Positions 29,189-40,902 of a stretch of 64,000 nucleotides of DNA are shown piece by piece. This DNA comes from Candidatus Izemoplasmatales bacterium (GTDB taxonomy: Bacteria > Bacillota_I > Bacilli_A > Izemoplasmatales > Hujiaoplasmataceae), in NCBI GenBank assembly GCA_050949045.1, contig JBMNEZ010000001.1:480001-544000 (forward strand), given 5' to 3'. The notes beneath the pieces were generated by a model. That model was not told where the DNA came from. It was given only the letters and a program-made list of their open reading frames with translations, and did not search any database. The position numbers were made by a program, and so were the translations under genes. How positions within the stretch are numbered: the first letter of the stretch is position 1; the number at the start of each line of letters is the position of its first letter.

Positions 29189-32100
29189 ATGAAAAAACTA
29201 TCAGTTTTAATTTGCTTGTTACTGTTTGGCCTTGCGCTGACAGGTTGCAATCCCGAGCAAGTCGTCGTCACCGGGGCACCCGGGGCTGATGGCGCACAGG
29301 GATTACAAGGACCACAAGGACCACAAGGGCCACAAGGCCCCAAAGGCGAAAAGGGAGAACAGGGAGACCCGGCAGTGTTGGTTGCAGCACCGGAAGTGGA
29401 ATTAATTGATGAAGGCGTCTTTACACCGGTCGGCGTTTCGACATTGAATCTGGCGAACCAAGCGAAATATTATCCCGGCGCCGCCACCAAGGCGGAGGCA
29501 GATGCAACCGCGGATATAATCAACCGTCAGATCTGTGCCGAGGGACAGGTATTGTTGTACAACAACGGCGCGCTCCCACTGGCTGAGCATGAGAGAAAGA
29601 TATCATTGATGGGCATTGCCTCTCAAGATATCGTAGTATCGGGTGGCGGATCAGGTAGTTCAGGGCAGAACAATCAAAGCACAAGATACAATTGGAACAA
29701 TGCCTTTGCAGAAGAGGGCTTTGCCTTGAATCCAAAGCTTGCCAACATTTACCAAGCGTATGTGGCAAGCGGCGTTGGTACTTCTGCGCAGTATCTTGAG
29801 ATAGATCCAGAGGCATATTTAGGGAGTTCTGTGATCTCGACATACTCGGCATACAGAGATGCGGCCGTAATAGTGTTCCACAGATGGGGAACAGAGAATG
29901 CGGACCTGAGAACCTATAACGCAAAAGGTCACTCGAACCCACTTGATACAGAGCTGGATCTTCAAGACTTTGAAATAGCTCATATCAGGCACGCAAAACA
30001 ATACTTTGACAAAGTTATAGTCATTCTTAACTCATCCAACGTAATGGGCGTAGCCCAACTTGCCGAACCCAAGACCGACGACAATCTAGGCGTTGATGCC
30101 ATTCTGTGGGTAGGCGGCGTTGGGCAAGTAGGGTGCCTACAAGCAGTCAGAATTTTAAAGGGCGCAGTCAATCCTAGCGGCCATGTGGCTAGCACATGGT
30201 GGGCAGACTTGAAAGCAGATCCCGCGTTCTATAACGTTTCAGTTATGAACCAAAACGCTGAAGGCGACGGCAGATCGGATGCATTCTTCCGCGATCCCGA
30301 TGGAAACCAAACGGTATTCGCGCTTGTTGAATATCGCGAAGGCATATACATGGGACATCGCTATTATGAATCGGTATATGATGATATGCTCGCATCCGGC
30401 AAGTCAAAAGCAGAAGCAGACGCATGGTATGACAGCGTTGTTTTCGTACCCTTCGGCGGCGGCGAGAGCTATACCACATTTGATTGGCAGCTAGCTGGAA
30501 AATCAAGAAGCAAAGCTATCACGAGCAATGCACAGCAGATTACAATCAAAGTTCAGGTAACAAATACAGGCAACATGGCAGGGAAGGACGTAGTGCAGTT
30601 GTATTCAACACCGCCATACTATAACGGCGGCATCGAAAAAGCTTCAGCCGCAATGGTTGGCTTTGCCAAAACGAAAGAATTACAACCTGGCGAAAGCGAA
30701 ATAGTGACCATTCAGATATTGGCTGATGATTTAGCATCCTTTGACTGGAACGATGCAAACAACAACGGTTTCAGTGGTTGGGAACTTGAACACGGAGACT
30801 ATGTGCTCTCAGTTCGCAGAAACTCACACGATGTTGAATTCAGCGTAACATACAACGTAGCCCAAGACATAAAAATTGTCTACGACCTTGAGACGGGGGC
30901 AGAAGCTAAGCCCGTGTTTACGGATGATGGTTACATGGATTTCACAACAGTCCGCGGCGACTTATTGGAGAAAAGCGCAAGCCGTAAAGATCGCGGTTTG
31001 AAGCAACCCGAAGGCGTTTCATTAGAAGACCGTACTTTGACGGAAGCGGAACATGCCACTCTTCTTTCGCAGGAATTTTATACACCTTGGAACGATGAAC
31101 CAGGACAACCATGGTATGTAAGTTCAGTAGACAATCTGCCAGATAATTGGACTCAGGCATCAGAGGCTACACCGACAGCTGATTTGACAGTACTTCGCGC
31201 TGCACTTACCGGAGTTCCGTATCATGAACCAACGGTAGTAGACGGGGTGGTCACATTTGGGACCCTTACGGAGCAGCAGCAAGCAGACAACGCCAAGTGG
31301 GATGCCTACATGAACGCACTCACTTACGAGCAACTTGTGACTTATTATACCGGTGCCAAAGGCCCGTTGAGCGGCGGTTTGACCGGCAGCGACGGCCCCG
31401 TTTCATTCGGTGGTGGCGCAAACTGGCCGACATGCCCAGTAACGGCCTCTACATGGAACTATGATTTGTGGCTGGCCCAGGGCGAAATGCTCGGCACACA
31501 GGCGTTGCTTAACGGCACAACAGGCTGGCGCGGCGGCGGCATCAACACACACCGTACGCCATTCAACGGCCGAGTATTCGAGTATTACAGTGAAGACGGC
31601 GTTCTCGCAGCTTATATTGCAAAAGCAATCGACACCGGCGTAACCGGCAAGGGAATAATGTGCTATTGGAAACACTATTTCGCGAACGATCAAGAATATC
31701 GTCGTGCAAACTTCGGCGGCGTATCAGTATTCGCGACAGAGCAAGCTTTCCGTGAAATTTACCTCAGACCCTTTGAAGCGGTGATAAAGAACGGTACAGC
31801 CGGCATCATGACATCATTTAGCCGTTTGGGCTTTGTACAACAATCAGGTAACTATGCATCACACCAGAAACTGCTTCGCGACGAATGGGGATACCGCGGC
31901 GGCACAGTTAACGACAGATGGTGTAAGTACTTCATGCCGCAGGATCTGATGCTTCGCGCGGGCGACACATATCTGATGGGGAGATGGGACGAATTCCCAG
32001 ATGGCGGCATAACATGGGGCCAGTGGGATGCAGAAGCGCGCGAGGGAAAGGGCATTGTTTTGATTCCCACCCAGGAAGAATGCGCAATCCCCGGTGGCAA

Positions 32101-33307
32101 CAACGTGAAATCGGGATCTGTAGCATCACCTACTCAGTACTATGTCATCCGTTTGGCGGCAATTCGCGACGCATATAACGAAGTGAATTCCTGCGTAATG
32201 AAGAACAACGCGACCTCGATGGAGTTCAATGTGACTGCCTTTGCAGGAGTTAACCAGAAATATGAGGTCAAATCGCCAGACACGAAAGACCTTTCGATTA
32301 TCGGGTTTGATATTGGCTGGCCAAGCGAGGCTGACCTTGAAGGAATTGAATATGAAGAAGTAGAATCAACAACTCAATCATATGATCGTAGAGGACGGCT
32401 TATTACAACAACTGTTTATCTACGCACGTATGTTTGCCCAACCTATAGGTATGTTGAGACTTGGAACCAACAAAAGACTCAAAGAACAAATCGAGAGTTG
32501 TTGCCTCTTGTTGGACAAAATAACTTCACATTTGGTGGCTGGAAGGTTACTATTGCCGATACAGAAACAATGACTACGAAAACATATGCAAAACAGCCAG
32601 GCAATGCTATTACATTCGCCATTGCCACTGCCAAATCAGGAACTTCACCGCTCAACAATTTTGTAACTGTCAACACCAATGCGCTCGGAGAAATGGATTT
32701 GGACGTGACGGTCAGGGTAGACAGCTGGATAACAATACCTGCAACGATTAAGATCAATGCTATCAGCCGACTCGATGTAAACGGCGAAGCGATTGAAGCC
32801 GGCGACGAATTTACGGTTGCCAAAGGCGGCGAAATTGTCGTTGATTCGGAATACTACAGGTATATGGATATGAGCAGCCTGTACAAACACGTTGTAGTTT
32901 CCTCGTACAGCAGCAATGGTTCAACATTCATGGCACGTTGGGAAGACCAATCGGCATCCGACTACGCACAGATCAAGTACGATGCAGCTTTCTATGAAGA
33001 AAATCCCACCTATAAGAGAGAACCGAGCTACACGGTCACAATGGAAGATGGTTCAGCGCTTGTAGCTGGCATAACCGTAGAAGACATTCTCATTACACCT
33101 GTCGGATTTGCCGGCTTGAAGTATTCAAGCCAGATTGTTGACGGCATCAAGATCAAGGTTGCTAGCGACGCTGCTTCAGGAGAATACAAGATCAAGGTTG
33201 TTCTCAACACATATTCAACGAACAAGCCAACAGGCGGCAGCTGGTTCAATATTGGCAATGTCAGACTGACCACTGTTGAAGAAGTTATTACGATCGTAGT
33301 TCCATAG
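29189..33307 (+). CDS. GH3 glycoside hydrolase lipoprotein (GH3_C-Fn3-GH3_N order) with collagen-like linker and long C-terminal extension
   Basis: Lipobox LTGC; (GxQ)n; [61 protein letters not shown]. Confidence 0.92.
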   Translation: MKKLSVLICLLLFGLALTGCNPEQVVVTGAPGADGAQGLQGPQGPQGPQGPKGEKGEQGDPAVLVAAPEVELIDEGVFTPVGVSTLNLANQAKYYPGAATKAEADATADIINRQICAEGQVLLYNNGALPLAEHERKISLMGIASQDIVVSGGGSGSSGQNNQSTRYNWNNAFAEEGFALNPKLANIYQAYVASGVGTSAQYLEIDPEAYLGSSVISTYSAYRDAAVIVFHRWGTENADLRTYNAKGHSNPLDTELDLQDFEIAHIRHAKQYFDKVIVILNSSNVMGVAQLAEPKTDDNLGVDAILWVGGVGQVGCLQAVRILKGAVNPSGHVASTWWADLKADPAFYNVSVMNQNAEGDGRSDAFFRDPDGNQTVFALVEYREGIYMGHRYYESVYDDMLASGKSKAEADAWYDSVVFVPFGGGESYTTFDWQLAGKSRSKAITSNAQQITIKVQVTNTGNMAGKDVVQLYSTPPYYNGGIEKASAAMVGFAKTKELQPGESEIVTIQILADDLASFDWNDANNNGFSGWELEHGDYVLSVRRNSHDVEFSVTYNVAQDIKIVYDLETGAEAKPVFTDDGYMDFTTVRGDLLEKSASRKDRGLKQPEGVSLEDRTLTEAEHATLLSQEFYTPWNDEPGQPWYVSSVDNLPDNWTQASEATPTADLTVLRAALTGVPYHEPTVVDGVVTFGTLTEQQQADNAKWDAYMNALTYEQLVTYYTGAKGPLSGGLTGSDGPVSFGGGANWPTCPVTASTWNYDLWLAQGEMLGTQALLNGTTGWRGGGINTHRTPFNGRVFEYYSEDGVLAAYIAKAIDTGVTGKGIMCYWKHYFANDQEYRRANFGGVSVFATEQAFREIYLRPFEAVIKNGTAGIMTSFSRLGFVQQSGNYASHQKLLRDEWGYRGGTVNDRWCKYFMPQDLMLRAGDTYLMGRWDEFPDGGITWGQWDAEAREGKGIVLIPTQEECAIPGGNNVKSGSVASPTQYYVIRLAAIRDAYNEVNSCVMKNNATSMEFNVTAFAGVNQKYEVKSPDTKDLSIIGFDIGWPSEADLEGIEYEEVESTTQSYDRRGRLITTTVYLRTYVCPTYRYVETWNQQKTQRTNRELLPLVGQNNFTFGGWKVTIADTETMTTKTYAKQPGNAITFAIATAKSGTSPLNNFVTVNTNALGEMDLDVTVRVDSWITIPATIKINAISRLDVNGEAIEAGDEFTVAKGGEIVVDSEYYRYMDMSSLYKHVVVSSYSSNGSTFMARWEDQSASDYAQIKYDAAFYEENPTYKREPSYTVTMEDGSALVAGITVEDILITPVGFAGLKYSSQIVDGIKIKVASDAASGEYKIKVVLNTYSTNKPTGGSWFNIGNVRLTTVEEVITIVVP
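29273..29371 (+). repeat. Collagen-like Gly-X-Y repeat
   Basis: [33 protein letters not shown]; 9-bp GGACCACAA units. Confidence 0.9.
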
Positions 33308-33345
33308 TATTAGACATCAAGAAAAGTAAGACATAGTTGATTATT

Positions 33346-33379
33346 GACTCCGGCGGCGACTCAGTCGTCTGCCGGAGTC
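33346..33379 (+). other. Strong intergenic stem-loop without U-tract
   Basis: GACTCCGGC-GGCGAC-tca-GTCGTCT-GCCGGAGTC. Confidence 0.7.
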
Positions 33380-33557
33380 TATAATTATTATCCGAACAGT
33401 ATACATTAAGCAATGATTGTTGTATGATTAGATTATGCAAATAATAACGATGTGGTAATTGAACATAAAACAGAATGTTGAAGATATTTTAAGTTTGAAA
33501 AAAAAGAAGAGAACCGAAAGTTGCAATTCTTAATATATAGGGAGTAGGAGAAAGAAA

Positions 33558-35033
33558 ATGAAAAAAAATCACAGAAAACCAATACTTATCATCGCGCTGA
33601 TACTTCTGCTGGGCGTTTTAGGCGCATGTGATGAGACAACAGACCCGCAAGTAACCAAGACGACGGCAGTTACGACGACCGTTTCCGGTGGAACGACCGT
33701 TTCCGGAACAAACCCAGACATCACGACTGTAACGAACGATGACCCGGTCCAAAAAGTTGTAAAATCCCTCGCTGTGGAGATAAAACCACAGGATTATTAT
33801 GTATCCGGCGATACTTTCAATCCTGAGGGCGGGGTTGTTCTGGTGACTTACACCGATGGTACAACAGAACAAAAGCCAATGAACTCAGACTTTTTTGAAA
33901 TTATAGCACCGGCGATGACAGCCACCGGAACCAAATTGGTGACAGTGAAAGTAAAAGGCGGAACAATTCAAGTCAAATTCCCCATCACAATCGGAGCGGG
34001 AATAAAAAAGGTAACCTACAACTACAACTATCAGGGCGCAGAGAATGAAGTTGTAGATGTGGTCAAAGGCAACACGGCAGAGGACAAAGTCCCCGTCCGT
34101 AGCGGATATACGCTTGTTGGTTGGTACATGGAAAAAGACTTCATAAGGCCATTTGATTTCAGTACAGGCATAACCGAGGACATTGAACTTTTCGCATTAT
34201 GGACAAAAGACGATGTTGAGCACTATGAGGTAACGTTTGATTACGATTACTATGGAGATAAAATAGTTAATTACAGTTATCCGGTTGACAGCGGGGCTCA
34301 AGTCGCAAGGCCAGTGGATCCAACAAGAGTCGGATACACATTTGACAAATGGCTTTTGGATTCAGCGGAATATAATTTTTCAAATCCCGTCACTGAAGCG
34401 ATAACGCTCAAGGCGAAATGGACAAAGAACAACAATGATGTAAAAACATATGTCTTTGAAGCGGAAGATACAGACCTTACGGGTAAGATAGGGCCTTCAT
34501 ACAGCGGAACGGTCCAAGAAAAGGCAATGATCGTCACAGCGCCTGCGAACAGAGGCTGCAGCAATGACAGGTTTGTGAGTTTTTTGTATCAGGAAGGTAA
34601 CTCCCTTGAATTTTTCATCGCATGCGATGAAGACTTAGACGACGTCACAATATATGTGAGGCTATCGGCGGAATGGGGCGAAGACTTTACCTACGATAAG
34701 AACAATTTCGGGATCTACATCATTAATGGTGGTGTAGAGACAAAAATAGATTACCCGGCAATCGAGATGAAAGACATACCCGAGCCGATCGATCCGGACA
34801 GACTAGACTGTCTGCCGTTCAAAGATTTCTCCTTGACTGAAGTTGGCATCAAGCTTTCGCTGAAAAAAGGCGCCAATACGATCCGGCTTGTGACAGAAAA
34901 CAGTATTCCATTTCCCGGTACGACGATGCTTGCGCATGCGCCGATTGTGGACTGCATCAAGATTGAAACGAAAGGTGTCGTCATTTGGGACGCAAACTTT
35001 AATTTGCCATTTTACGGTAACTATTTCAACTAA
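33558..35033 (+). CDS. Lipoprotein with Ig-like domain, two InlB-B (Flg_new) repeats and C-terminal CBM6/35-like module
   Basis: Lipobox LGAC; PVRSGYTLVGWY and PTRVGYTFDKW repeats; YVFEAED...LKKGANTIRL...PIVDCIKI. Confidence 0.82.
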   Translation: MKKNHRKPILIIALILLLGVLGACDETTDPQVTKTTAVTTTVSGGTTVSGTNPDITTVTNDDPVQKVVKSLAVEIKPQDYYVSGDTFNPEGGVVLVTYTDGTTEQKPMNSDFFEIIAPAMTATGTKLVTVKVKGGTIQVKFPITIGAGIKKVTYNYNYQGAENEVVDVVKGNTAEDKVPVRSGYTLVGWYMEKDFIRPFDFSTGITEDIELFALWTKDDVEHYEVTFDYDYYGDKIVNYSYPVDSGAQVARPVDPTRVGYTFDKWLLDSAEYNFSNPVTEAITLKAKWTKNNNDVKTYVFEAEDTDLTGKIGPSYSGTVQEKAMIVTAPANRGCSNDRFVSFLYQEGNSLEFFIACDEDLDDVTIYVRLSAEWGEDFTYDKNNFGIYIINGGVETKIDYPAIEMKDIPEPIDPDRLDCLPFKDFSLTEVGIKLSLKKGANTIRLVTENSIPFPGTTMLAHAPIVDCIKIETKGVVIWDANFNLPFYGNYFN

Positions 35034-35050
35034 TGGGAAGGTAAGATAAG

Positions 35051-38029
35051 ATGTTTGAAAAGTTTAGAAAAAAGCGAAAGGTATTGCTTATCGTCACGGC
35101 AGTAGCAGTCGCTTTGGTTCTGGCAGTCAATATACTATCGACAACCGTATTTTATGATTTAGTATGCTTGGTGATGGGGAGACCGAGGCCGGTTTACGCA
35201 GACGATGTAACTTCAATGTACATACCGGAAGCGACAAGTAAAACGGAAGCGTTTTTAAATGCCGCAGAAATGAACATAGAGGTATGCAAGGAAGGCTTTG
35301 TGCTTCTAAAGAATGAAAACGATGCATTGCCGATCAAGAAAAACCTGAAAGTGAGTGTATTTGGCAAAAACAGCGTAAATCTGGCGTATTCAGGCAGTGG
35401 TTCCGGAGGATTCGCCGTTGAACCGAACAGCGCTTTGTTTAAGCGCATGAGCGCAAACGGTATCGATCTCGCGAATAAAACCTTGTTTGATGCGTTAGAA
35501 GGCTATTGCAATTACAATCCGACACTGAAGAATTTCTATGAGGACGACCAGGCATCGGGTCCGGACCGATCCGGTTCGAATGTCGACCTCGACAGCGGGG
35601 ACGACAAGATTTATACGGTAGGGGAGACACCTGCGAGCATGTACACAGGCTCGGTGGTCGCCAGCTACGAAAAATACAAGGACCTTGCGTTGGTGGTAAT
35701 CACCCGGATTGGCGGCGAAGGGGCGGACCTGCCCCGGCACCAGGGCAACAGTGCCGGAGCGGTGAGCGAAGATAGCCACTATTTGGAATTGGATCAAAAT
35801 GAAATTGATATGTTCGAGCATATCAAGGCATCCGGATTCCAAAAGATAGTGGTGTTGCTCAATATTCCCTCAGCGATGGAAGCGGACTTCTTGTTTGACA
35901 GCGAAAAATTCCCCTTTGCGGACGACATTGACGCTGCACTGTGGATAGGCTACACGGGAAAACAGGGGATTATGGCTTTAGGGCCGATTTTAACAGGAGA
36001 GGTTTCGCCCAGCGGGAAAACCGTCGACACCTGGGCAAGAGATTTTTTGGCTGATCCGTCATCGATAAACTTCGGGACGGGTATCGACCAAGCCCAGGTA
36101 ACGAATCCATTGACTTCAAAAAAGCAACCATCTGACAAGTACTATCAAGGTTTGTACTATTTCGTAACCTATGAAGAAGGTGTCTATGTAGGCTATCGTT
36201 ATTATGAAACGAGAGGCTTTACGGATGGGGAGGACTGGTACGAACAAAATGTTGTCTTCCCGTTTGGCTACGGTTTAAGTTATACGACATTTGAATGGAC
36301 AATCTTGCCATCCGCAGCCACTTCCTTTACGAAAGACAGCGAGATATCAATTTCTGTCGAAGTGAAAAACACAGGAACGGTTCCCGGGAAAGAAGTAGTG
36401 CAAGTATACGCTAGCGCTCCATACACGGAGGGCGGAATCGAAAAAGCGCACAAAGTATTGGTGGGCTTCGCCAAAACCAAATTGCTTAATCCGAGACAAA
36501 AGGAAACGTTGACAATAACCATAGACCCGTATGATTTTGCAAGTTACGACGATCGCGACGCCAACAACAACGGTTTTTGCGGCTATGAGTTGGAAAGCGG
36601 CGATTACGATTTTTATATTTCGCGTGATGCGCATCGTTCTGAAGGCAAGATCACACTGAACCTGGCAACCGATGCCCGCTTCGAAAAAGATAACGTCACA
36701 AACAATGTAGTGGGAAACCGCTATATAAAACAAAACAACGTAACCGCAACCGACATTACCGGATTAAGCGATATTGACGCTCCGCTTGACAGAGTGCTGT
36801 CCCGGAGCGACTGGACCGGCACCTGGCCGACGCCGATAACGGACGACGACAGGCACGCCAGCCCAGGCTTGATCAACGAACTGAAAAACGTCAATACAAA
36901 TAATCCCAACGACTACTATGACACGGAAAAGTATGAATATGCTGTTTTCGACCAGGAGGCAACTGTCCAAGTAAGAGACCTGCTTCCGGCTGAAACACCC
37001 GAAGAGAGTTGGAGGCCTTTTGTCGATTATGATGATGAGCGCTGGCAAACGATCCTGGATGCTTGCAATGCGTCCAACCTTATTGAAGTTTACAATCAGG
37101 CAGCCTATCAGACAAAAGTAATCAGGAATGTGGGCATGCCCGCGACATTGCAAGCAGATGGTCCGAGCGGATTCACTTGTTTTATGAACAAAGAACAAAT
37201 CAGCGGGACGAACCAGTATTGTAGCGAGCCGGTCTTCGCATCGACTTGGAACGTGGAATTGATTGAAAGATTGGGCAAAACAATCGGCGAGGAAGGCATT
37301 TGGGGTTACGATATAACCGGCCAACCATATTCCTCAATCTACGCGCCGGGAGTCAATATTCACCGCAGTCAGTTTGGTGGGCGCTGTTCGGAATACTTTT
37401 CTGAAGATCCCTTTATGACGGGTAAGATGGCCGCGGCCGAGATACGCGGCTTGCAAAGCAAGGGCGTTGTTCCGATGATAAAGCATTTTGCCGTCAACGA
37501 ACAAGAAACGCACCGCAGCATAAATGGCGATTGTAGTTGGCTAACCGAACAAAGCTTGCGGGAAATCTATCTTAAGGCCTTTGAAATTGCGATAAAGGAT
37601 AGCGATTGCCGGGGGTTGATGACATCATTCAATCGCATCGGCACGATGTGGACGGGCGGCGACTATCGTCTTCTCACAGAGATTCTTCGCGATGAATGGG
37701 GCTTCAAGGGCTGCATTATCTGCGACTTCAACACCTGTCCCGAGCATATGAACGGAAGGCAGATGGCATACGCCGGAGGAGATCTCAATCTTCAAACAAA
37801 CGGCGGCGGCACCTTCGATTTTGATGAAAGTGACAACGGCGATGCGATCGTTCTTCAGACTGCGATGAAAAACACGATGTATGCTTTGGTAAACAGCAAC
37901 GCGATGAACGGTGAAATTATCGACTATAAACTTCCTGTATGGGTAGTGCCGATGATAATAGTTGATGTTGTCGTCACCCTGGTAAGCGCCGCTGTTGTCT
38001 TCCTTTGTTTTTACAAGAAAAAAGGCTGA
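35051..38029 (+). CDS. Membrane-anchored GH3 beta-glycosidase (GH3_C-Fn3-GH3_N)
   Basis: EGFVLLKNENDALP, EGVYVGYRYYET, GRCSEYFSEDP, KHFAVNEQE, LRDEWGFKGCIICD; N- and C-terminal TMs. Confidence 0.94.
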   Translation: MFEKFRKKRKVLLIVTAVAVALVLAVNILSTTVFYDLVCLVMGRPRPVYADDVTSMYIPEATSKTEAFLNAAEMNIEVCKEGFVLLKNENDALPIKKNLKVSVFGKNSVNLAYSGSGSGGFAVEPNSALFKRMSANGIDLANKTLFDALEGYCNYNPTLKNFYEDDQASGPDRSGSNVDLDSGDDKIYTVGETPASMYTGSVVASYEKYKDLALVVITRIGGEGADLPRHQGNSAGAVSEDSHYLELDQNEIDMFEHIKASGFQKIVVLLNIPSAMEADFLFDSEKFPFADDIDAALWIGYTGKQGIMALGPILTGEVSPSGKTVDTWARDFLADPSSINFGTGIDQAQVTNPLTSKKQPSDKYYQGLYYFVTYEEGVYVGYRYYETRGFTDGEDWYEQNVVFPFGYGLSYTTFEWTILPSAATSFTKDSEISISVEVKNTGTVPGKEVVQVYASAPYTEGGIEKAHKVLVGFAKTKLLNPRQKETLTITIDPYDFASYDDRDANNNGFCGYELESGDYDFYISRDAHRSEGKITLNLATDARFEKDNVTNNVVGNRYIKQNNVTATDITGLSDIDAPLDRVLSRSDWTGTWPTPITDDDRHASPGLINELKNVNTNNPNDYYDTEKYEYAVFDQEATVQVRDLLPAETPEESWRPFVDYDDERWQTILDACNASNLIEVYNQAAYQTKVIRNVGMPATLQADGPSGFTCFMNKEQISGTNQYCSEPVFASTWNVELIERLGKTIGEEGIWGYDITGQPYSSIYAPGVNIHRSQFGGRCSEYFSEDPFMTGKMAAAEIRGLQSKGVVPMIKHFAVNEQETHRSINGDCSWLTEQSLREIYLKAFEIAIKDSDCRGLMTSFNRIGTMWTGGDYRLLTEILRDEWGFKGCIICDFNTCPEHMNGRQMAYAGGDLNLQTNGGGTFDFDESDNGDAIVLQTAMKNTMYALVNSNAMNGEIIDYKLPVWVVPMIIVDVVVTLVSAAVVFLCFYKKKG

Positions 38030-38130
38030 TTTACACCTAAAAACCAAGACACATTATCAGTAAAAGCACTTTGTAATTAGTATGGCACTCATAAATATAA
38101 AGTAATGAGTTTGTCAATCATATTGCTTGT

Positions 38131-38172
38131 TAATTTCCTATGGGAGCCTTTTCCCATAGGAAATTATCTTTT
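38131..38172 (+). terminator. Intrinsic terminator
   Basis: TAATTTCCTATGGGA-loop-TCCCATAGGAAATTA then TCTTTTT. Confidence 0.8.
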
Positions 38173-38229
38173 TAATTCATTATGTAACTTAACTATCGTT
38201 TATCAAGCAATGATGGGAGAAAAAACACC

Positions 38230-38763
38230 ATGGATGATTTATGTAAAATCCTGTTTCAGCACCGTGACAGTTATCCTTTGATGACTTTCAATGATTATTT
38301 AAAACTCATTTACCAGAATACCTTCGGGCCACGACATTTCGTTGAGAGTCCCGATCGAAACAGGATCATCGATGAAATCAAAAAGGAGACAAAACTCTAT
38401 AAGGATGGCTCACGCCAGGGGGTCGTCGATATCGGCTTTGGCTATGTCAGAGTTGATTTGACCTTGATCAAAGAAAACAAACTTACGGTAGAAGAGCTAG
38501 GGCAGGCTTTTATCCGTTCGGGCGAAAACCCGCTGACCCGAGATAACTATCTCGTGTTTCGGGAGAGAACGGTGGCGCTTCTTAGGCTGGTCGAGGAAGG
38601 TTCGATCCCTGTCTCTGTCATCAATGCTCGGAAGACTATGACGACGATCGACTTTGAAAACCCTACTCCTATTTCGCACAGCTTGCAGTATCGAAAGGCT
38701 TATAAACCTCATTACCGGGTCGTGAAAACAGAGAACTTGCCAAAAATACAAAGCATCCGTTAA
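38230..38763 (+). CDS. Hypothetical protein
   Basis: GGGAG RBS, host-like codons, motifs DYLKLIYQNTFGPRH and SHSLQYRKAYKPHYRVV. Confidence 0.75.
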   Translation: MDDLCKILFQHRDSYPLMTFNDYLKLIYQNTFGPRHFVESPDRNRIIDEIKKETKLYKDGSRQGVVDIGFGYVRVDLTLIKENKLTVEELGQAFIRSGENPLTRDNYLVFRERTVALLRLVEEGSIPVSVINARKTMTTIDFENPTPISHSLQYRKAYKPHYRVVKTENLPKIQSIR

Positions 38764-39163
38764 TGATTATTTATTGTCAGATAACGGTGGTATAATGATT
38801 ACAGAACAGCCAAGGTGGAAATAGAGAACAAAAACTAAGAACACCTGCGCCCGCTATGCGCCTAGAAACGGTTGACATATGAGGACTGTCATTGACTTTG
38901 ACAATTTGGCGTGATAGAATCGGTTTAATAATAAACACCGTTACATATACAAAAGATTTTTATTTACTGTATTTGGATTCATCACCATTTTGGCCGATTA
39001 AAAGAGATTTGGGGTTCGAGTTTTTTACCATGTAATGATACAAACTGGGCTGTCCTTGCTTTGAAAGTTGGTATATTACAGTGTGTCTTAGAGACGATGT
39101 TAGATACAAAGAGCATCTTGACTTGCCAAATTGATTTTCGAGAACAATCATACGGAGGGGTAC

Positions 39164-40561
39164 ATGAAATCATTTATCCATGAGGATTTTTTGCTTAATA
39201 GTGAGGTTGCGAAATACCTCTATCATAATCATGCAAAAAAGTTGTCGATCATCGACTTTCATTGCCACCTCAATCCGAAAGAAATTTATGAGGATAAGGG
39301 TTCACTAAACATCGTTGATGTCTGGCTTTCCGGAGATCATTACAAATGGCGATTAATGCGTGCTAACGGTGTCGACGAATCATATATTACCGGTGAGAAG
39401 CCATATCCCGAGAAATTTAAAAAATGGGCAGAAGTTGTCGAATTATTGCTTGGGAATCCACTTTACCATTGGACACATCTCGAACTCAAGCGTTTTTTTT
39501 GGCATTGATCGTCTGCTAGGACCGGACACCGCCATGAATATCTATAAGGAGACAAACGAAAAACTCGCCAAGTTATCGCCGAGGAAATTGATCGAGATGG
39601 CAAATGTCGAGTTGATTTGCACTACCGATGATCCCATTGACGATCTCAGGTGGCACGAATTGCTTGCCTCTGATAAGACAATGAAAACCAAAGTGTTGCC
39701 GACATTTCGTCCTGACAAGGGCATCAATATCGAACTCACAGGTTTTTCTGATTGGATTAGCTCGCTTGCGATGGTTGTCGGTTATGAGATCAAAGAACTT
39801 GAAACCTTCAAACGCGTCTTGGCGGAACGGATCGTTTTTTTCCATAAACACGGCTGCCGGCTGTCAGACCACGCACTCGACTTTGTCAACTATGAGATGA
39901 CAACCACCGAAGAGGTGGCGCTGATTTTTGAGAAAGCTCTGCGCAAGGAAACTTTGAGTCAATCCGAGATTCGCAAGTTTAAAGGACACCTGCTCGTCTA
40001 TCTCGGGCGTTTATATCACAAGTATGGTTGGATTCAGCAATACCATATCGGAGCGCTTCGCAATGTATCTTCAAGAATGTATAGAGAAATTGGTCCTGAC
40101 GCGGGCTACGATTCGATCAATGACAGCTTGATCGCACTGCCATTGTCCCAACTGCTCAATGCTCTTGACGAAACGAAAGAACTGCCGAAAACGATTCTCT
40201 ATACCTTGAACCCGAGCGATTACGAAGTTGCCATTACATTGATGCAAGCCTTTCAGGGCGACAATATCCCTGGAAAGATCCAGTTTGGTGCACCTTGGTG
40301 GTTCCTTGACAACATTGATGGCATCTTCAAACAATTGAAAGCGCTCGGTAACAACGCTTTGCTCGCGCGCTTTGTGGGGATACTTACGGATTCAAGAAGT
40401 TTTTTCTCTCTTATCCCCGCCACGAGTATTTTCGACGCATCTTGTGCGATTTTGTCGGTAGTGAGGTCGTAGCGGGACACTTCCCCGAAAATCTGCCTTT
40501 ACTCGGGAGAATGGTCGAAGATATCTCATACTATAATGCTAAGAACTACTTCAATTTTTAA
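39164..40561 (+). pseudogene. uxaC: Glucuronate (uronate) isomerase with two frameshifts in T-runs
   Basis: [52 protein letters not shown] spread over three frames; shifts at T8 (39493-39500) and T6 (40400-40405). Confidence 0.92.
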
Positions 40562-40769
40562 TCTGGAACCCTTACATCAAAGCCGACCTCCAATCGATTT
40601 CTGCTCTCCTTCCCTATCTTCTTTCCTAGGCTTCGAGACATTCATAGAGATGCCGGAAAGGGGCGGATTGGCTTTTCATCATACCGCTAAGCATAACCAT
40701 TTACGATATTTAACAAAAAAACAAGGATTGATCAATTGCCCTTGTTTTTTTTGATAATCTTCATGCATT

Positions 40770-40835
40770 GGCACAAACGGTTTGTAGATATTGGTGTTCA
40801 GTAAATTTCGGGTTGGAAAGTGGTGGCGAGTAAGA
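40770..40835 (-). pseudogene. pdxT: Probable 3' relic of pdxT glutaminase
   Basis: Minus strand reads LLATTFQPEI then, frameshifted, TNIYKPFV, like the PdxT C-terminus (LATxFHPEL..D..I..YF), directly downstream of pdxS. Confidence 0.5.
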
Positions 40836-40902
40836 ATAGACTCCCATAAGTGGTTTCAAACTATGGAGATTGCGTATCAATCAGATGGATCTTGATGATG
40901 AT

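Noticed and set aside
32300..32620. AT-richer segment inside the large GH3 gene as an intein or mobile insertion
   Set aside because: No Cys/Ser...His-Asn splice motifs or terminal repeats; at most a swapped loop or domain, not supportable by eye.
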